Below the pieces are notes generated by a model. That model was given only the letters and a program-made list of their open reading frames with translations. It made no database searches and had not been told where the DNA came from. The position numbers and the translations under genes are program-made. This document shows, in pieces, positions 39,656-49,418 of a stretch of 63,333 bases of DNA (its first letter is position 1; every line of letters begins with the position of its first letter). Origin of the DNA: an uncultured Thermomicrobiales bacterium (lineage in GTDB: Bacteria; Chloroflexota; Chloroflexia; Thermomicrobiales; CFX8); NCBI GenBank assembly GCA_964577155.1, contig CAZNYB010000010.1, positions 1 to 63,333 on the forward strand, read 5' to 3'.

Positions 39656-40669
39656 ATGCCAGTAGCTACCCGATCAGCGCTATCAATCATATTCCTACTG
39701 GTTGCCGCTTTGCCGTTAATGTCGGTCCATTCGACCTCAGCTGCTGGAACCAGCCATTATGTCGCTTTAGGAGACTCCATAGCCGCTGGAACTGGCTCGA
39801 GCCTTCCGCAAACGAGAGGTTATCCGTCTATTGTCAGGAACTGGCTGTCCAAACAGTTAGCTACCCAGTTGATGCTTACGAACCTCTCTGTTCCGGGAGA
39901 AACGACCGGTTCATTCATCTCTGATGGCCAATTAGATGAGTTCATTCAACTGGCAAAAGAAATCCAGAACGAAGACGAAGAGATCGCTCTTGTCACCATT
40001 TCGCTCGGTGGAAACGAGATGCTGCATTTGTCGGCCAGCTCTGCAAATTCCCGCGAGATGGAGCTGCAGTTGTTTGAACAGAACATCCGGCAGGTTGCCG
40101 AGACGGTTCGCGCTGCGGTAGGCGAAGAAACCAGCATCGTATTCACAAACTATTATGACCTGACGTTTGGTGATCCCGCTCTGCCTGACACCGATGCCTG
40201 GTGGATCAGTAGATTCAATGAGGTAATCGAGAATGCCGCAACTGAACAACTGGCAATTGTTGCAAACGTTGAACAACAGTTCCGTGAGAACATCAGTCGA
40301 TACACGTTTACGCCGGTAAACGTCCACCCGAATAATCAGGGATATAGGGCTATCGCCTCTGCAGTCTGGAGTGCGCTGGGATCAGACACGGAGAATCCGG
40401 TCATTTCGGTCAGGTCCAGTCCGACAACTTCCCGGTCAACTCCGACACTCAAGATGACAATAACTGACAACGTTGAAGTAGATATGGTTATTATCCAGGT
40501 CAACGGTGACAGATTTTCGCCTCTCAGAGTTGGCGAACAAGAATATGTACTGTTGCTGGATCTAACTAATTTGAACAACAACTTAGCGAAGATTGAAACA
40601 TATGCCTACGACACCGCTGGCAACAGTGCTTCTACAGACTTTGAGTTCAGGTTCGAACCAATTGGGTAG
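39656..40669 (+). CDS. Secreted SGNH/GDSL hydrolase with C-terminal Ig-like domain
   Basis: Signal peptide, ALGDSI, GGNE, VHPNNQGY; C-terminal TITDN...AYDTAGN. Confidence 0.82.
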   Translation: MPVATRSALSIIFLLVAALPLMSVHSTSAAGTSHYVALGDSIAAGTGSSLPQTRGYPSIVRNWLSKQLATQLMLTNLSVPGETTGSFISDGQLDEFIQLAKEIQNEDEEIALVTISLGGNEMLHLSASSANSREMELQLFEQNIRQVAETVRAAVGEETSIVFTNYYDLTFGDPALPDTDAWWISRFNEVIENAATEQLAIVANVEQQFRENISRYTFTPVNVHPNNQGYRAIASAVWSALGSDTENPVISVRSSPTTSRSTPTLKMTITDNVEVDMVIIQVNGDRFSPLRVGEQEYVLLLDLTNLNNNLAKIETYAYDTAGNSASTDFEFRFEPIG

Positions 40670-40757
40670 TCACTCTCCAGAAGATACGATTGCTGATTCG
40701 AAGTTGTAGGTCTGAGTCTGTGGATCCGATGAAAAAAGTCACACCTGCACCCGATCG

Positions 40758-42062
40758 CTAACCGGTAAGATTCTCCTCCAGCGCGAAATGGGCAATTGGA
40801 CACTCGAAACAGCGTAAGTTTCGACAGCCGAGACGTCCTATCTGATGCAAGCCTTGGTTCTCAAGCGCCGTTCGAATTGGAAACTTTGAGTCACCGACGA
40901 TTTGCTTGAGTGTCCGCCTGACGATGATATCGTCTTTTGCGCCTGGCAGATTCTCCCACGAACGAGACACAGTTTCCTGTAATTGCGCGTCTTCATATAC
41001 CTGGGCATAGGCCGCCACAAACGGCGCAAACACGTTCGTCAGTATCTGACGGCTCCGACTTTTTCCAATTGCTGGAGACAATGAATCCAGCATGTTCTGC
41101 CAGGCAACAGTGCCCTCATCTGTGCTATCAAGCACAGCGGTCAGCAAGCCGTGTTCGGCATGTTTTGCCAGCAAATTCGCATACGAGGCAAGTCTCCGCA
41201 CCGGATGATTCGCCGGCCGCACCCGGTTAAGTGTCCAGTGAGAAAGTGCTATCGGTTCAATTCCATAGAAAGCCGAAACAGTGATGAATTCATTTTCCAG
41301 TGCCCTGGCAGCGTCGCTTGAAATCATCGCTGCTTTTATGTGCTGATCGGACAGCGGCAAGAATCCTGCCGTTCCAAGCAGCCCAGCCAGCACACCAGTG
41401 TAGCCCAATCTTCTATTGAATTGTTCCAGAAGGGTCAGTGGCAGCCGTTCTCCAACCAACCTCATGCCTTCTCGATTGTGAAGCAATCCTAGACCATCAA
41501 GGAATTGGCGGTGGAGCACCTCTCCGGCTGGCAACATTGTCAGTTCCTGTTGAATTGCGAGTTGTTTCGCAACCAGTCGTTCCCAACCCTTTTCCCGTAG
41601 TATGTTTCTAACTTTTGCTTCATGTCTGTGTGTCAGGATTGGCAAGCAGGTCGAAACCCCGAGTGAGCCAAGATCGAGAAACGGTATTTTTTCCAGGTGT
41701 CTTTGATCGACGAATGAGAGGTACCGCCCGAGTTCCAATGTTTCGACTGGTTGATTTGCGGACGTTCTAACCGGTTCTTCCAGATCGTCCGCCACCACAA
41801 CATGCAAGACTACATGCTCGTATTTCGGGTTTATGTCATGTTCATGCTGGTACCAGTCGCTGGACTTGAGGTGCAACTCGACCTGCCCGGTTTGCAACCG
41901 TCCGTCGAGCTCAAGCATGGCGTCCGAAAAGTCCGGTCCATTTGAATGCGTCCATATACCCGGGTAGATGACAGAAATGCTTCGGCCGCTGGTGGTGTAC
42001 ATCTCCGAAGAAAATCCACGGTTGTGCCAGATAAAGCTCAGAGTTCGTTCACTGATACTCAT
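40758..42062 (-). CDS. DUF2851 family protein
   Basis: YPG...GPDF, VELH..SSDWY.H.H...P.Y..VVLHVV, RPANHP.RRL, C-terminal CxxxxCxxC. Start at MSISE. Confidence 0.8.
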   Translation of the reverse strand: MSISERTLSFIWHNRGFSSEMYTTSGRSISVIYPGIWTHSNGPDFSDAMLELDGRLQTGQVELHLKSSDWYQHEHDINPKYEHVVLHVVVADDLEEPVRTSANQPVETLELGRYLSFVDQRHLEKIPFLDLGSLGVSTCLPILTHRHEAKVRNILREKGWERLVAKQLAIQQELTMLPAGEVLHRQFLDGLGLLHNREGMRLVGERLPLTLLEQFNRRLGYTGVLAGLLGTAGFLPLSDQHIKAAMISSDAARALENEFITVSAFYGIEPIALSHWTLNRVRPANHPVRRLASYANLLAKHAEHGLLTAVLDSTDEGTVAWQNMLDSLSPAIGKSRSRQILTNVFAPFVAAYAQVYEDAQLQETVSRSWENLPGAKDDIIVRRTLKQIVGDSKFPIRTALENQGLHQIGRLGCRNLRCFECPIAHFALEENLTG

Positions 42063-42171
42063 TTCCGGCACAGAGCAACACCTCAGGTTCTGATTGAATC
42101 GTTCGTTCCGGCAGTCTATCATCCAGAGTCGCAAAGCGAGAATGCTAGCTGTTGTGGAAGGGAATGGGTTG

Positions 42172-43179
42172 TTGACCGATCTGAAGACGAGAAAAACCGC
42201 GCTCATCACCGGGATAACAGGTCAGGATGGCTCCTACCTGGCTGAGTTCTTATTGGAGAAAAATTACCGGGTGATCGGAATGATGCGACGCACCAGCAGT
42301 GAAACACTGGGACGAATTGGCCATCTCCTGGATCGCATTGAACTGGTCTACGGCGATCTGCTCGAACAGAACTCACTCATTGATCTCGTCCGTGAATACC
42401 AGCCAGATGAGATATACAACCTTGCCGCGCAGTCTTTTGTCCCTACATCGTTCAAGCAGCCAGTCCTCACCGCGGAGTTCACCGCACTGGGCGTAACCCG
42501 GGTGCTCGAGGCTATTCGGCAGATAAAACCTGATGCTCGCTTCTACCAGGCTTCTTCGTCTGAGATGTTCGGCAAAGTCCGTGAAGTGCCTCAGACGGAG
42601 GAAACGCCTTTCTACCCTCGGTCACCATACGGCGTGGCCAAGGTCTACGGTCATCTCATGACTATTAACTACCGTGAGTCATACGATCTCTTCGCTGTTT
42701 CGGGGATACTCTTCAATCATGAGAGCCCACGGCGGGGGCTTGAGTTCGTCACCAGAAAAGTTACCTACGGTGTGGCAAGAATAAAAGCCGGGCTCGACAG
42801 CGAGTTACGGCTGGGAAATCTAGATGCGCTCAGAGACTGGGGATACGCGCCGGACTACGTGCGGGCGATGTGGCTCATGCTCCAGCAGGATGATCCCAAA
42901 GAATATGTCGTCGCCTCAGGGACAATGCATTCGGTTCGGGATTTGTGCAAAGTAGCATTCAATGTTGCCAGTCTGAACTGGGAAGAATTTGTCGTTGTCG
43001 ACCCAAGATTCTTTCGACCGGCGGAAGTCGAATTGCTGCAAGGAGATGCTGAGAAGGCTCGCTCGGAGCTAGGCTGGGCTCCTGAAACATCCTTTGAAGA
43101 GATGATCGCCGAGATGGTTGCTTCAGACATCGAACTCGTGCGAGAACATCCAAGAGCCATGTGGCCTGTCGTCGTTTAG
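42172..43179 (+). CDS. gmd: GDP-mannose 4,6-dehydratase
   Basis: [54 protein letters not shown] start after GGAAGGG. Confidence 0.96.
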   Translation: MTDLKTRKTALITGITGQDGSYLAEFLLEKNYRVIGMMRRTSSETLGRIGHLLDRIELVYGDLLEQNSLIDLVREYQPDEIYNLAAQSFVPTSFKQPVLTAEFTALGVTRVLEAIRQIKPDARFYQASSSEMFGKVREVPQTEETPFYPRSPYGVAKVYGHLMTINYRESYDLFAVSGILFNHESPRRGLEFVTRKVTYGVARIKAGLDSELRLGNLDALRDWGYAPDYVRAMWLMLQQDDPKEYVVASGTMHSVRDLCKVAFNVASLNWEEFVVVDPRFFRPAEVELLQGDAEKARSELGWAPETSFEEMIAEMVASDIELVREHPRAMWPVVV

Positions 43180-44675
43180 TCGTTTGCGCTCGGTTCGACG
43201 GCAGGAGGAGAAGCCGGCGCGATTGACTCGGCCGGTGCCGGATCGTACGGTTTGAAGGCAAAGCGTTGTTTCTCTCGCCGGTCGCGCTCCCCAACAATGA
43301 GCGTTTCAGCCATGGCAGCTTCATCGGAGAGCTTGGCCTGGGTTATCACTTTGATTCCAGCGGCGGTCGCCAGGCTAGCTGCAAAACTATCAGCTGTCAC
43401 AACATCAATCGGTGTGTCCTGGCTTACAGCAAGCATGGCCAACTGCTGAAGTACCGGTAACTCGTCCCAACCAAGCGCGCCTGGACCGATAAGTAGAACG
43501 ATATGCTCTCGCCGGTCGGTGCTCAGAACTCCCTTGACTTCCTCCAGATCGCCGGGCTGCTTGACGGCAAGTACCCGCCTTGGCAGCGGGTTGCCGAGCT
43601 CGAAATAGACAGCCTGAATGATAATTTTTATAGTAGCCACCGCCGGTACCGCCAGTAGCAGACCAAGCATACCGAAGACTTGCGCGCCAGCAAGGACAGC
43701 AAAAATAACCAGCACAGGGTGAACCCGGACGATCCGGCCAATAAGTTGTGGAATAACGAAGTGGTCCTCGAGCATCCGTAAAACGAAGTAGGTGATGGCT
43801 ACGACGACGGCAAGTTCGACCTGAGTCCAGCCGAATGGAGCGTGCCCCTGAGACAGAGCCACGGTCACCGCCGCTGTTCCGGCAATCCATGGACCAATGA
43901 TCGGGATCAGTTCAAGAATGCCGGTCGCAATTGCCAGGGCGAGCGCATTCTCAACATCATATATACGCAGCGCAACGTAGGTTGATACCGACATGATGGC
44001 GAAGAGGATGACCTGGCCACGTATATATGCGCCAAGCGTCGCGTTTACCTGCTTGCCGACCCGGTCGATCGTGGCACGGTACCGACGTGGTGAGAGAATC
44101 CGAGATTGCCGCAGTATCTTGTCGCCATGGAGCAAGAAATAAAATGTGACAAGGAAATACACCAGGATATGCACTGCCAGTTCGACAGTATGCAGTACAA
44201 GAGGTACAGCGCGTTCTCCGAATCGGCCAACAAAATCCGCGACGATCTCATCAATGCGTTCGTTGAGATCACGCGTGTCGAATTCAATTCCGCCGATTCG
44301 AATAGTCTCATCGGCGATGAGCTCATTGCGAGCATTTTGAACTGAGTCAGGCAGCGAGTTGATCAGCCCCCGGCCCTGGTCCAGTACCACCGGTCCCAAA
44401 AAAATGATCAGCAGCGTGATGCTGGCGATGAAAACGACGTAGAGTCCAACTACAACGACGACACGTGGAAGACGCAACCATTGTTCAAGTTTCGCGACGA
44501 TTGGAAACAGAATATAGGCAGTGATCATCGCCCAGAGGAACGGCGCAAGGATCCCTGAAACGAGCGAGATAAAAAGGAAAGCAGCAACCGCGCCAAGCAG
44601 CAAGAGTACCGGCAGTATCCGGGACTCTCGTAATCGGTCAACGGGATGCATCAGTGCTCCTGTATCGGAGTCCAT
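43176..44675 (-). CDS. AI-2E family transporter with an extra C-terminal soluble domain
   Basis: [48 protein letters not shown]; then ~140 extra residues. Confidence 0.88.
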   Translation of the reverse strand: MDSDTGALMHPVDRLRESRILPVLLLLGAVAAFLFISLVSGILAPFLWAMITAYILFPIVAKLEQWLRLPRVVVVVGLYVVFIASITLLIIFLGPVVLDQGRGLINSLPDSVQNARNELIADETIRIGGIEFDTRDLNERIDEIVADFVGRFGERAVPLVLHTVELAVHILVYFLVTFYFLLHGDKILRQSRILSPRRYRATIDRVGKQVNATLGAYIRGQVILFAIMSVSTYVALRIYDVENALALAIATGILELIPIIGPWIAGTAAVTVALSQGHAPFGWTQVELAVVVAITYFVLRMLEDHFVIPQLIGRIVRVHPVLVIFAVLAGAQVFGMLGLLLAVPAVATIKIIIQAVYFELGNPLPRRVLAVKQPGDLEEVKGVLSTDRREHIVLLIGPGALGWDELPVLQQLAMLAVSQDTPIDVVTADSFAASLATAAGIKVITQAKLSDEAAMAETLIVGERDRREKQRFAFKPYDPAPAESIAPASPPAVEPSAND

Positions 44676-44778
44676 ACCAGCGGCTAGTACACATAATCAT
44701 CCGCTCCTCAGCATTGCCGATTGTAGCAGAAAGCCGCTGGTTCACCGCGAAAGTGAGCATTAAATTTTCCGTGACATG

Positions 44779-44807
44779 TTGACAAACAAGAACACTTGTT
44801 CTATAGT
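44779..44807 (+). promoter_or_regulatory. Near-consensus sigma70 promoter
   Basis: TTGACA (44779-84), 17-bp spacer, TATAGT (44802-07). Confidence 0.8.
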
Positions 44808-44836
44808 GTACGTACATATGTTCGGATCACTTGTTC
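44789..44836. promoter_or_regulatory. Three tandem LexA (SOS/Cheo-type) boxes
   Basis: AGAAC-ACTT-GTTCT (44789-802, perfect, in the promoter spacer), GTAC-ATAT-GTTC (44812-23), GATC-ACTT-GTTC (44825-36). Confidence 0.8.
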
Positions 44837-44868
44837 GTATTTGAAGAAAACGTAGAACGGAACCAAAA

Positions 44869-45063
44869 ATGGCTCAAATACTCTCACGACAGATTGCTCT
44901 CATGATCGTCATCGCCAGTTGCATGATTGTCGTCCTGCTTGTGCTCGCTTCGGGACTCAATGTCGACTTCGGCGCGGTATCAAGCCAGGCAGCCCCCCTG
45001 GCTCTGATTTGCGCGGCAGCATTGACCTTCCTCATCTTCAATCCGTTCGACGCTCAATCGTGA
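44869..45063 (+). CDS. Small two-TM membrane protein, putatively SOS-induced
   Basis: 64 aa with two hydrophobic helices; first ORF downstream of the LexA-boxed promoter. Confidence 0.7.
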   Translation: MAQILSRQIALMIVIASCMIVVLLVLASGLNVDFGAVSSQAAPLALICAAALTFLIFNPFDAQS

Positions 45064-45341
45064 TGTGCAAACCGGTTCAACTCACGCATTGATGAAGCTG
45101 ATGTTGCTCTGTTGCACTAGAATTCGCTGACTGGTATTCAAGTTCGACGATCTCGAGTGGTGCAATCACGAAAAGTTCAAACGCAACCCAGCTACCAACG
45201 ACCCAATCAGCGACCAAACCAGACAGAGCAACATCACTCCCGGCGCTGTTAAAAAAATACCGGGACTATCGTTACGTTCTCTTCGGCACCCTGTTCACCC
45301 AGAGCGGTCAGTGGATACTCAACATTTCTCTCGGCTGGCTG

Positions 45342-46433
45342 ATGCTGGAATTGACCAATTCAGCGTTCATGGTTGGCCTGATTGGTTTTGCGGCTGGCGT
45401 TCCAGTCCTTATTATCTCAATACCAACCGGAGCGATCCTCGACCGGGTCAACCGAAAGACGGTTCTGTTGGCGACCCAAACGGTGCTGATGCTGGTTGGT
45501 GTGATGCTAGCTCTGCTGGTGGTCGCCGGCATTGTTCAGCCCTGGCACTTACTCGTTGGGGCTATCCTGAACGGATCACTTATGGCGGTCGCTGCCGCGA
45601 CCAGACAGACGATCGTTCCGCATGCCGTCGCAGCGTCCGATCTGCCGCGAGCAATGGGAACCCTTGCGGCCGGACAGAATGCCGCGCGCATTCTGGGACC
45701 TTCGGTTGCCGGTGTCATCATTGGTGTTTTCGGAGTTGCCGGTTCGTTCGTATTTCAGGCTTCGGTCCTGGCGCTGGCGTGTCTGCTGACCCTGCCACTT
45801 TCCTCAGCAATTTCAAGGCGAAAAGCGTCGATACAATCTGCGAACAAGCTCACGGCGGGCTTACGCTACATCCACGACAATCCGTTGATGTTGAGCCTGA
45901 TTCTGATCGGGGCATTTCCGATGTTGTTTGCCTTCCCGTACTTGACATTACTACCGATCTTTGCGCGCGACATTCTCCAGATCGGGCCAGATGGTCTCGG
46001 TATCTTGATGACCGCGAGTGGCATCGGAGCTGTCAGCGGTGGATTGCTCACTTCAGTGATAGCCGATCGAATACAGCGTCTGGGCCTGTTCATTATCCTG
46101 GGCATGGCTGGCTACAGCGTTATTCTCACCTCATTTGCATTTGCTAACTGGACCCTCGCTGCGCTGATGCTGCTCGCGCTTTCAAGCGCCACCAGTTCGC
46201 TTTGCCTGTCATTGACCCACACCTTGATCCAGACCCACGTCGAGGACGACGTTCGTGGTCGAGTCACCGGTGTCATGATGCTCACTACAGGACTGTTTTC
46301 CATCGGTGCGCTGCCGATGGGCATGGTTGCGAGTTATTTCGGGGCACAGGTTGCCGTCGGTCTTGGGGCAGCAATTTCGGCATGTTGCGTTCTCCTTGTC
46401 GGACTGAAATCTACGGAATTGCGGGCGATCTAG
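45342..46433 (+). CDS. MFS transporter (DHA3/MFS_3-like); true start probably upstream
   Basis: GAILDRVNRK motif A, ARILGPSVAG, RGRVTG. The in-frame upstream sequence encodes the missing TM1 (see findings). Confidence 0.85.
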   Translation: MLELTNSAFMVGLIGFAAGVPVLIISIPTGAILDRVNRKTVLLATQTVLMLVGVMLALLVVAGIVQPWHLLVGAILNGSLMAVAAATRQTIVPHAVAASDLPRAMGTLAAGQNAARILGPSVAGVIIGVFGVAGSFVFQASVLALACLLTLPLSSAISRRKASIQSANKLTAGLRYIHDNPLMLSLILIGAFPMLFAFPYLTLLPIFARDILQIGPDGLGILMTASGIGAVSGGLLTSVIADRIQRLGLFIILGMAGYSVILTSFAFANWTLAALMLLALSSATSSLCLSLTHTLIQTHVEDDVRGRVTGVMMLTTGLFSIGALPMGMVASYFGAQVAVGLGAAISACCVLLVGLKSTELRAI

Positions 46434-46755
46434 TCGAGTCTGACAGGTGGATCCTGTCGATGCCATGGAGCGGAATGCGTCCAGTTTCCTTTTCTGCGAC
46501 GTAATATCAAGTAGGTTGACACCAGATAATGCGATGATCGCCTGCCTGGCAGGAGATCAATTTCTTCCGTTTGGTCAATTTTTCCAAACGGATACCGGGT
46601 TCTACACGTATTGGGGAAGGAGGACAGCTATCCGCTTGCAGTAGTTCAGACAGCTGTCTGGGGGTGTGCTGTCTTTTGAAGTCTGTAGACAAATACATCG
46701 CCTGCCCGACATCGAATTTCATGCCGGGTAGGAGCATTCTCAACAAGGAGAACAC

Positions 46756-48747
46756 ATGTCTGAACATGTCCACAAAGGATTAGACGAACTTCGCGAAAGC
46801 ATCCTCTCCGGTGACATGAGCCGCCGGCAGGTCCTCAAGCGAGCAGTCGCATTGGGGCTCAGCGCTCCGACAATCGCCGTCCTGCTGGCAGCCTGTGGTG
46901 GCGACGACGATGACGACGCCACCGCAACGGAAGATAGCGGCAGCGGTCAGGAAGCAACCGAAGTAGCTACCGAAGCCGAAGGCGACGCCACGGAAATGGC
47001 GACTGAGGATGTGGGTGAGACTACCGAAGCTGCCACCGAAGCGGAAGAAGATGCGACAGAGATGGCAACCGAAGCCGAAGGCGAAGCTACCACTGAAACA
47101 GGTAGCGCCGGTGGTGGAGGTCGCTTGAACATCCTGAACTGGCAGGCGGCTTCCATCCTGAATCCCCACCTGGCTCAGGGAGGCAAAGACTTCGATGCAT
47201 CCAGAATCTATGCCGAACCCCTGGCGGATTTCGACGGCGAAGGCAACCTCGTTCCGTTCCTGGCAACCGAAATTCCGTCTTTTGAGAACGGTTTGCTTGC
47301 TGCTGACGGCACCAGTGTCACCTGGACGCTCAAAGAAGGTGTTACCTGGCACGATGGCACTCCATTCACCGCTTCCGACTGTGTCTTCACCTGGCAGCTG
47401 GTCGTTGATCCCGAAGCTGCAACGACGACCAAATCGCAGTTTGAAGCGGTCGAATCGATGGAAGCCATTGACGACTACACCTTGTTAATCACCTTTAATG
47501 CCCCGACGCCAGCATGGTTCGATCCGTTCACCTCGGCTCAAAGCCTCGTCGTACCACAACACCTGCTGGAAGATTGGACCGGAGCGAAGCTGAACGATGC
47601 GCCGTTCAATCTCGCGCCAGTCGGCACCGGTCCGTACAAAGTGACTGAATTCAAACCTCAGGACACTGTCCTCTACGACCGCAACGAGAGCTACCATGTT
47701 GCAGGTCTTCCATTCTTTGACACCGCGGAATACAAAGGTGGCGGAGATGCCACCAGCGCAGCCCGGGCTGTTCTGGAAACCGGCGACGTTGATTACGCCG
47801 AGAACCTGCAAGTCGAAGCGCAGATCCTGCTTCAGATGGAAGCGACCGGCATTGGTCGCATCATTACCAGTGACGGCAACAGCGTCGAGCGCATTCTGTT
47901 AAATCGCACCGATCCGAACATCGAGATAGACGGCGAACGTTCACATCTCTCAACTCAGCATCCTGCGCTCAGCGAGCTGGAGTTTCGCCAGGCGTTGACC
48001 TACCTGACCGATCGAGAAACGATCGCCACCCAGCTGTATGGACCAGCCGGCAAGGCAACATCGAATATCTTGCCCGGACCGCCTCGATTCGATTCCCCGA
48101 ATACCAGCTTCGAATTCAACATCGAGAAGGCTGCTGAAATGCTCGATGCAGCCGGCTGGGAACTGGTAGATGGCGTCCGAACAAAAGGGGACTACTCGGT
48201 TAGCTTCCTCTACCAGACCTCTACGAACTCGGTTCGCCAGAAAACGCAGGAGATCGTGAAACAGGCGTTCGAAGAAGTAGGCTTGCCGGTTGAGCTCAAA
48301 GCAGTGGACGCCGGCGTTTTCTTCTCATCAGATCCCGGCAATCCCGATACCTACACCCACTTCTACGCGGATATCGAGATGTTCACGAACAACGGAACGG
48401 TGTATCCGGTTCGTTTGATGGGCTTTTACAAGTCCAATGTTCCCGAGGAAGACATTCCGACGATGGCGAACGAATGGTCCGGCCGGAACATCAATCGCTT
48501 TATCGGAACCCCGGCAGCGGATGAATACAACGAACTCTGGCTGGCTGCCAACACCGAGCTTGACGCGGAAGCCCAGAATGAATTATTCATCGGCATGAAT
48601 GACATACTCGTCAACGACGTGGTTGAAATTCCGTTGATTCATCGGACCTCGACAACTGCTGGAGCGAACAACAAACTCCAGGGCATCAAACCAACGGCCT
48701 GGGTGAGCGAATTCTGGGACGTCCGCGATTGGTACAAAGAGGAATAG
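46756..48747 (+). CDS. Peptide/nickel ABC transporter substrate-binding lipoprotein (family 5), Tat-type signal
   Basis: SRRQVLK, lipobox LAAC, acidic linker, LKEGVTWHDG.PFTA.D..FT, PVGTGPY. Confidence 0.93.
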   Translation: MSEHVHKGLDELRESILSGDMSRRQVLKRAVALGLSAPTIAVLLAACGGDDDDDATATEDSGSGQEATEVATEAEGDATEMATEDVGETTEAATEAEEDATEMATEAEGEATTETGSAGGGGRLNILNWQAASILNPHLAQGGKDFDASRIYAEPLADFDGEGNLVPFLATEIPSFENGLLAADGTSVTWTLKEGVTWHDGTPFTASDCVFTWQLVVDPEAATTTKSQFEAVESMEAIDDYTLLITFNAPTPAWFDPFTSAQSLVVPQHLLEDWTGAKLNDAPFNLAPVGTGPYKVTEFKPQDTVLYDRNESYHVAGLPFFDTAEYKGGGDATSAARAVLETGDVDYAENLQVEAQILLQMEATGIGRIITSDGNSVERILLNRTDPNIEIDGERSHLSTQHPALSELEFRQALTYLTDRETIATQLYGPAGKATSNILPGPPRFDSPNTSFEFNIEKAAEMLDAAGWELVDGVRTKGDYSVSFLYQTSTNSVRQKTQEIVKQAFEEVGLPVELKAVDAGVFFSSDPGNPDTYTHFYADIEMFTNNGTVYPVRLMGFYKSNVPEEDIPTMANEWSGRNINRFIGTPAADEYNELWLAANTELDAEAQNELFIGMNDILVNDVVEIPLIHRTSTTAGANNKLQGIKPTAWVSEFWDVRDWYKEE

Positions 48748-48782
48748 CCCGAGTTCAGTTATTGAACCTGGTTTTCAGTCTG

Positions 48783-48812
48783 GAGGGGTGGACGTTGAGT
48801 TCACCCTTCTTC
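48783..48812 (+). terminator. Probable terminator hairpin after the first SBP gene
   Basis: Stem GAGGGGTGGAC/GTTCACCCTTC (with G-U pairs); weak U tract. Confidence 0.5.
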
Positions 48813-49418
48813 ACGCCTGACACAGATATAGTTGAATAGCCCCGGGATTGCTTTTGGCTTCATCCTTCCATGTTTGTCCCTGCATGTGTTGTGGTATTCA
48901 GCTTTGTACAGAAGAGTTGGATCGCCAAGTTCCGTCGTAGACGTTGGCATCGTGCTCTCCTCGAGCGATTTCTGATTCATTTTTCAGGAGAATTCGAATT
49001 TCTCCTCCTCATATAGCCGCGCATGCATTTGACAGCTACTCGACTGACCTTATCGCAATCGATGAGTATCTTGATTCGCCTCACCTATCGCTTGTATATT
49101 AAAAACATCACTGAGATCAGGATTACCTTCGACTTGCGCATGCATCCAGAAGGGTCTTACTTTGCGTACTATTAGCAGGTCTGTTAGTATGACTTAACAA
49201 TTTACCCATGCGCATGTTTGCACCAGAATGTGTATGTATTTTTCGGTCAGCAATGGCGGTAGCGGGAACCTTTGAATCAACCAGGAAGGAGAACTGACAC
49301 CAGATCGTATTACTAACCCGGCAGCCTGAATTGTGTTGTCGAGGGGGAGAAGTCAGTGCTCTGTTTCTACAACAGGGGAATTAATCGGTGAGCATAGCTC
49401 ACAGTTTGGGAGAAAAAT

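Noticed and set aside
45311-46147. 278-aa alternative-frame ORF overlapping the MFS gene, and similar long shadow ORFs (13129-13803, 21488-22189, 54885-55556, 58729-59349, 60869-61513)
   Set aside because: They overlap well-supported genes and have Arg/Ser/Cys-rich, non-protein-like composition typical of shadow frames.
48870-49016. 48-aa ORF (MFVPACVVVF...) in the SBP spacer
   Set aside because: No RBS and no supporting features; cannot be distinguished from chance.
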